From Chthoniobacteraceae bacterium (lineage in GTDB: Bacteria; Verrucomicrobiota; Verrucomicrobiia; Chthoniobacterales; Chthoniobacteraceae): a stretch of 64,000 nucleotides of DNA. The DNA is taken from positions 1-64,000 of the forward strand of contig JANNXQ010000102.1 in the NCBI GenBank assembly GCA_031409655.1, written 5' to 3'. Under the pieces are notes generated by a model, which did not search any database, was not told the origin of the DNA, and saw only the letters and a program-made list of their open reading frames with translations. Below, one piece after another: positions 60,087 through 64,000 of the stretch; within the stretch, counting starts at the first letter, position 1; each line of letters begins with the position of its first letter. The position numbers were made by a program, and so were the translations under genes.

Positions 60087-61502
60087 ATGTCCGACATCGT
60101 CCAAAAACTCTGGGGCTTCTGCCACACGCTGCGCCACGATGGCGTGGACTACGGCGACTACATCGAGCAGCTCACCTATCTGCTCTTTTTGAAGATGGCC
60201 GAGGAGCGGGGCGCGGACGTGCCGAAGGGTTGCGACTGGCCGAGCCTAAAGGACCAATCCGGCACCGCGCTCACCGACCATTACGCCGACATCCTGCGCA
60301 AGCTGCGCGAGGCCGGCGGACTGCTTGCCGACATCTTCGCACAGGCCACGCCGCGCTTTAACAACCCGGTTAATCTCAAGCGCATCATCGCGATGATCGA
60401 CGAGGAGGACTGGTCTTCGATGGACGTGGATGTGAAGGGCGCGGCCTTCGAGGGCTTGCTGGAAAGGGCGGCGAGCGAGGGCAAGAAAGGCGCGGGCCAA
60501 TACTTCACGCCGCGCCCACTCATCCAGACCATCTGCCGCGTGATGAAGCCCGACCCGCGCGGCAAGCCCGACTTCAAAATCGCCGATCCTGCGTGCGGCA
60601 CCGGCGGCTTCCTCGTCTGCGCTTACGAATGGCTCGTCGCGGAATCCAAGGGCGTCTTCGACCGCGCTGATGCGAAGCGCATCAAGACCAAGACCTACTT
60701 CGGCCAGGACCTCGTCGCGCGCCCGCGCCGGCTCGCGCTGATGAATCTCTTCCTCCACGGCGTCGAGCCGCACATCGCGCTGGGCGATACGATCTACGAG
60801 CCGGATCGCGGCGACCGCTTCGATTGCATCCTCACCAACCCGCCTTTCGGCACCAAGGGCGCGAACCAAGCGCCCGATCGCGACGACTTCACCATCGAGA
60901 CGAGCAACAAGCAGCTCAACTTCGTCCAGCACGTCCTCACCACGCTCCGGCCCGGCGGACGCGCCGCGATCGTGCTGCCCGACAATTGCCTCTTCGAGGG
61001 CAAGGCCGGTGAGGTCTTCGAGATAATGATGCAGGACTGCGCGCTGCACACCGTCCTGCGCCTGCCGCGCGGCACCTTCACGCCTTACAGCCAGGGCGTG
61101 AAAGCAAACGTCATCTTCCTGCAAAAAGGCCGGCCCACCGAGCACGTCTGGATTTTCGACGCGCGCTCGAACGTTCCCGGCATCACCAAGAAAGATCGCC
61201 CGCTCACCGCGCAGCACTTCGCCGAGTTCGAGCAGTGCTACGGCGCCGACCCGAACGGGCTGAGCAAACGCAACGACCTCGGCGAGACGGGCCGCTTCCG
61301 CCCCTTCTCCCGCAGCGACATCGAGGCGCGCGGCTACAAGCTCGACGTGACCTGGATCAAAGACGACTCGCTCGAAGACAGCGACGACCTCCCCGAGCCG
61401 CAAGACCTCGCCGCCGAAGCCATCACCGAACTCGAAGCCGTCGTGGACGACCTGCGCGAAATCGTCGCGCTTGTGGAGAAGGAGGAGGCGGTCGAGGTAT
61501 GA
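60087..61502 (+). CDS. hsdM: Type I R-M N6-adenine methyltransferase
   Basis: GQYFTPR, DPACGTGGFL, TNPPF. Confidence 0.96.
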   Translation: MSDIVQKLWGFCHTLRHDGVDYGDYIEQLTYLLFLKMAEERGADVPKGCDWPSLKDQSGTALTDHYADILRKLREAGGLLADIFAQATPRFNNPVNLKRIIAMIDEEDWSSMDVDVKGAAFEGLLERAASEGKKGAGQYFTPRPLIQTICRVMKPDPRGKPDFKIADPACGTGGFLVCAYEWLVAESKGVFDRADAKRIKTKTYFGQDLVARPRRLALMNLFLHGVEPHIALGDTIYEPDRGDRFDCILTNPPFGTKGANQAPDRDDFTIETSNKQLNFVQHVLTTLRPGGRAAIVLPDNCLFEGKAGEVFEIMMQDCALHTVLRLPRGTFTPYSQGVKANVIFLQKGRPTEHVWIFDARSNVPGITKKDRPLTAQHFAEFEQCYGADPNGLSKRNDLGETGRFRPFSRSDIEARGYKLDVTWIKDDSLEDSDDLPEPQDLAAEAITELEAVVDDLREIVALVEKEEAVEV

Positions 61503-61544
61503 GATTCGGCCTGACAAATCCGCGCGCCTGAGCCAGCTTCCCCC

Positions 61545-61757
61545 ATGAGCAAAGCCGAGATTCTTGACGAAATTCCGAAGCTCACGCCCGAGGAGCGGGA
61601 GGAGATTCGCGCGCGACTGGACGAACTCGACGACTCGCTGACCCCGGAGGAATGGGCGTTGATCGACCAGCGTATCGCCGAGCACAAGGCCGATCCCGCG
61701 TCCGCCATTCCGATCGAGGAAATGAAGGCCGGCTTGCGTGCGCGCTTCGCTCGATGA
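61545..61757 (+). CDS. Addiction-module antitoxin component
   Basis: 71-codon acidic ORF, LTPEER...IDQRIAEH...AIPIEE; overlaps the toxin start. Confidence 0.85.
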   Translation: MSKAEILDEIPKLTPEEREEIRARLDELDDSLTPEEWALIDQRIAEHKADPASAIPIEEMKAGLRARFAR

Positions 61758-62062
61758 GCTGGCGAGTCGTCGCGCGGCCCGAGGTGGATGGGGACGTGGC
61801 CGAAGGCGCGACATGGTATGAAGACCAGCAGCCTGGGCTCGGCGCCGAATTCATCGAGGAAGTTTTCCGGGTGTGGGACGCCCTCGCGCAGAATCCCCGG
61901 CTGAATTCACGCCGGACGCTGCGCAAAAACGTCCGCTGGCGTTACCCGGAGCGATTCCCCTACCGCGTCATCTACGAGATCGACGAAGCCGAAAGCACTG
62001 TCATCGTCCATGCCGTATTGCACGCGGCCCGACATGATCGGCACTGGCGACGGCGCGTATGA
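61754..62062 (+). CDS. RelE/ParE-family toxin
   Basis: WYEDQQPGLGAEF...RFPYRVIY...VHAVLHAAR. Confidence 0.9.
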   Translation: MSWRVVARPEVDGDVAEGATWYEDQQPGLGAEFIEEVFRVWDALAQNPRLNSRRTLRKNVRWRYPERFPYRVIYEIDEAESTVIVHAVLHAARHDRHWRRRV

Positions 62063-63447
62063 GCGACGCGCTGCCGGCTGGGTGGGCGACGGCTCGCCTC
62101 GATGAAATCGCTGCGTTGAATCCCCGGCACCAGCGCGACCTCGACGGCAAGCAGTCGGTGACCTTCATTCCGATGCCGGCGGTCAGCGAAACCAGCCCGC
62201 TGCTCGACACGTCGCAGGAGCGCGCTTTGGAATCCGTTCGCACCGGATACACGCACTTTGCTGAAGGCGATGTGCTGTTCGCGAAGATCACGCCTTGCAT
62301 GGAGAACGGGAAAGGCGCCGTCGCCACCGGCCTGCGCAACGGGCTCGGTTGCGGGACGACGGAATTGCACGTCGTCCGTCCACACACCGCGATTTATCCG
62401 CACTACCTCTATCGGTTCCTCGCGCAGCGTTCCGTCCGCAAGGCGGCCAAGGAAAACTTCACCGGCTCGGCAGGCCAGGCACGAGTGCCGATGAGCTTCA
62501 TGGAAGAGCTGGAGATTCCGGTTCCGCCCTCAAACGAGCAGCGGCGGATTGTGGCGAAGCTGGAAACGCTGCTGGGCAAAGTGGACGCCTGCCAGCGGCG
62601 ACTGGCGAAGATTCCGCGCCTGCTCAAACGCTTCCGCCAATCCGTCCTCGCCGCCGCCTGCTCTGGCCGCCTCACAGCCGACTGGCGCGGCCAAAACTCC
62701 GCGTCCTCCGCGCCTCCGCGCGACATTGATGACTCACGCGGAACCGCAGAGAACGCTGAGGATTTGCCGGACAAGTGGCAAGCTACGACGCTCGGTGCTC
62801 TAACATCGCTGGTGACAAGCGGCTCTCGCGGTTGGGCCGAATATTACTCCGATACCGGCGCGATCTTCATTCGTGCCCAAGACATCAGCGGAGACACCCT
62901 CGATCTTTCCGGCATTGCTCACGTGACGCTGCCGAACAAGGCTGAGGGTCTTCGCACGCGGGTGAAGCGCGACGATTTGCTCATCACGATCACGGGCGCA
63001 AACGTGACAAAATCCGCGCGAGTCGAAACCGAACTCAACGAAGCCTACGTTAGCCAACACGTAGCCTTGGTTCGGCTGAAAGAACCGGCGCTTTCGCGGT
63101 TCGTTTTCTTTGCGCTAATCAGCCCGGCTCACGGAAGAAAGCAGCTTACCGAAGCAACATACGGCCAGGGGAAACCCGGCCTGAATTTGGACAACATTCG
63201 GAGTGTGCAACTGGCCCTTCCCCCGCTCGCCGAACAACACGAAATCGTCCGCCGCGTGGAGCAGTTGCTCACCTTCGCCGACCAGCTCGAAGCCCGCTTC
63301 GCCAAGGCGCAGGCGCACGTGGACAAGCTCACGCAATCCCTCCTCGCCAAAGCCTTCCGCGGCGAACTCGTCCCCCAAGACCCGAACGACGAACCCGCAG
63401 AAAAGCTCCTCCACCGCATCTCCACGCAACGAACGAAGGCACCATGA
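62059..63447 (+). CDS. hsdS: Type I R-M specificity subunit
   Basis: LPAGW, PPSNEQRRIV, LPDKW, PPLAEQHEIV, SLLAKAFRGEL; two TRDs. Confidence 0.95.
   Translation: MSDALPAGWATARLDEIAALNPRHQRDLDGKQSVTFIPMPAVSETSPLLDTSQERALESVRTGYTHFAEGDVLFAKITPCMENGKGAVATGLRNGLGCGTTELHVVRPHTAIYPHYLYRFLAQRSVRKAAKENFTGSAGQARVPMSFMEELEIPVPPSNEQRRIVAKLETLLGKVDACQRRLAKIPRLLKRFRQSVLAAACSGRLTADWRGQNSASSAPPRDIDDSRGTAENAEDLPDKWQATTLGALTSLVTSGSRGWAEYYSDTGAIFIRAQDISGDTLDLSGIAHVTLPNKAEGLRTRVKRDDLLITITGANVTKSARVETELNEAYVSQHVALVRLKEPALSRFVFFALISPAHGRKQLTEATYGQGKPGLNLDNIRSVQLALPPLAEQHEIVRRVEQLLTFADQLEARFAKAQAHVDKLTQSLLAKAFRGELVPQDPNDEPAEKLLHRISTQRTKAP
62697..62760. repeat. Imperfect palindrome (CTCCGCG units) inside the hsdS central linker
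   Basis: 27-bp arms at 62697-62723 and 62734-62760, 21/27 complementary. Confidence 0.65.
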
Positions 63448-64000
63448 AGCTCAGATTTGACTCCATTCTTTCACTTCCTTCTAAGACCCAGCTGGACTCC
63501 AGCGATCGGTTTCGGCTGAGGCTGGACGAAACGAGTTCTTACTTTGTGGCACCGGAAGGTGTCTGGCGCGGTCCCGCGATATTGGCGCCCGATGTGCGAT
63601 TGGTGCCATTGAAACTCCCAGCCGGCGCGATCGAAAACTTTTACCTGGCCGACGATGCGTGGTTTCTTTTGAAAGAGCATGGCAATGACGGACGCGTCTT
63701 CTTGCGGTCCGACGACGAGGGAAAATCCTGGCAACCCTGGGATGACGGGCTGGAGGTGGAATGGGGTGGAAGGAAGTCCCGCATGGTCCCAACGCGCATG
63801 GCGTGGCAGAATGGTGTCGTATTCCTGAACGCGGGCGGCGGGCGCAACTTCATGTCATCGCGGGATGGCGGGAAGCATTGGGCCTTGCTGGCCGGAAGCT
63901 GGGGAATGCAACCGGCGTCCGCTGGTGAGTTTTTAGTGGGTGGCGCTGACGTGCTCCTGGGCGGTGAAGCGCCACTGGATTTCGCCTATCTGAATAAGGG
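63444..64000 (+). CDS. BNR/Asp-box beta-propeller protein (partial, runs off the window)
   Basis: My translation from ATG 63444 stays open to the end: MKLRFDSIL...RSDDEGKSW...SSRDGGKHW. Confidence 0.75.
   Translation, partial: MKLRFDSILSLPSKTQLDSSDRFRLRLDETSSYFVAPEGVWRGPAILAPDVRLVPLKLPAGAIENFYLADDAWFLLKEHGNDGRVFLRSDDEGKSWQPWDDGLEVEWGGRKSRMVPTRMAWQNGVVFLNAGGGRNFMSSRDGGKHWALLAGSWGMQPASAGEFLVGGADVLLGGEAPLDFAYLNK

Larger units (their letters stand above)
45920..64000. mobile_element. Integrative-element-like genomic island downstream of tRNA-Ser (right end outside the window)
   Basis: Recombinase-derived gene, coupling-protein-like ATPase, RadC, primase, type I R-M and TA genes begin right after the tRNA 3' end. 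Confidence 0.75.

Overview
GC-rich bacterial window, probably from the Verrucomicrobiota/PVC group. This placement is inferred from the PEP-CTERM protein, the PafA-family gene, DUF1080/PQQ/PL10 secreted proteins and the repeat types. Positions 1-45.8 kb are mostly core and secreted-enzyme genes (thiC end, dapA-dapB-folK-panB, tcdA, corA, ftsY, aroD, a WcaJ-like transferase, SNF2/SWIM, PafA-like), interspersed with several families of palindromic repeats and gene relics. The strongest signal is at 34978-35727. An apparently intact HUH/Y1 (RAYT-type) transposase, bounded by 53-bp GTAG-REP inverted repeats, sits exactly in frame (250 codons, no stop of its own) between the GHMP-kinase and pyrophosphorylase domains of a 4-kb sugar-nucleotide gene. 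From tRNA-Ser(CGA) at 45828 to the window end lies an integrative-element-like island. It carries a large serine recombinase lacking its catalytic domain and fused to an Xis-like tail, a VirD4/TraD-like ATPase, membrane proteins, a candidate two-T-loop cloverleaf RNA, RadC, a DUF6166-like gene and a primase. It also carries a type I R-M locus with a PD-(D/E)XK-like gene and a toxin-antitoxin pair embedded in it. All family calls come from motif recognition by eye; no searches were run.
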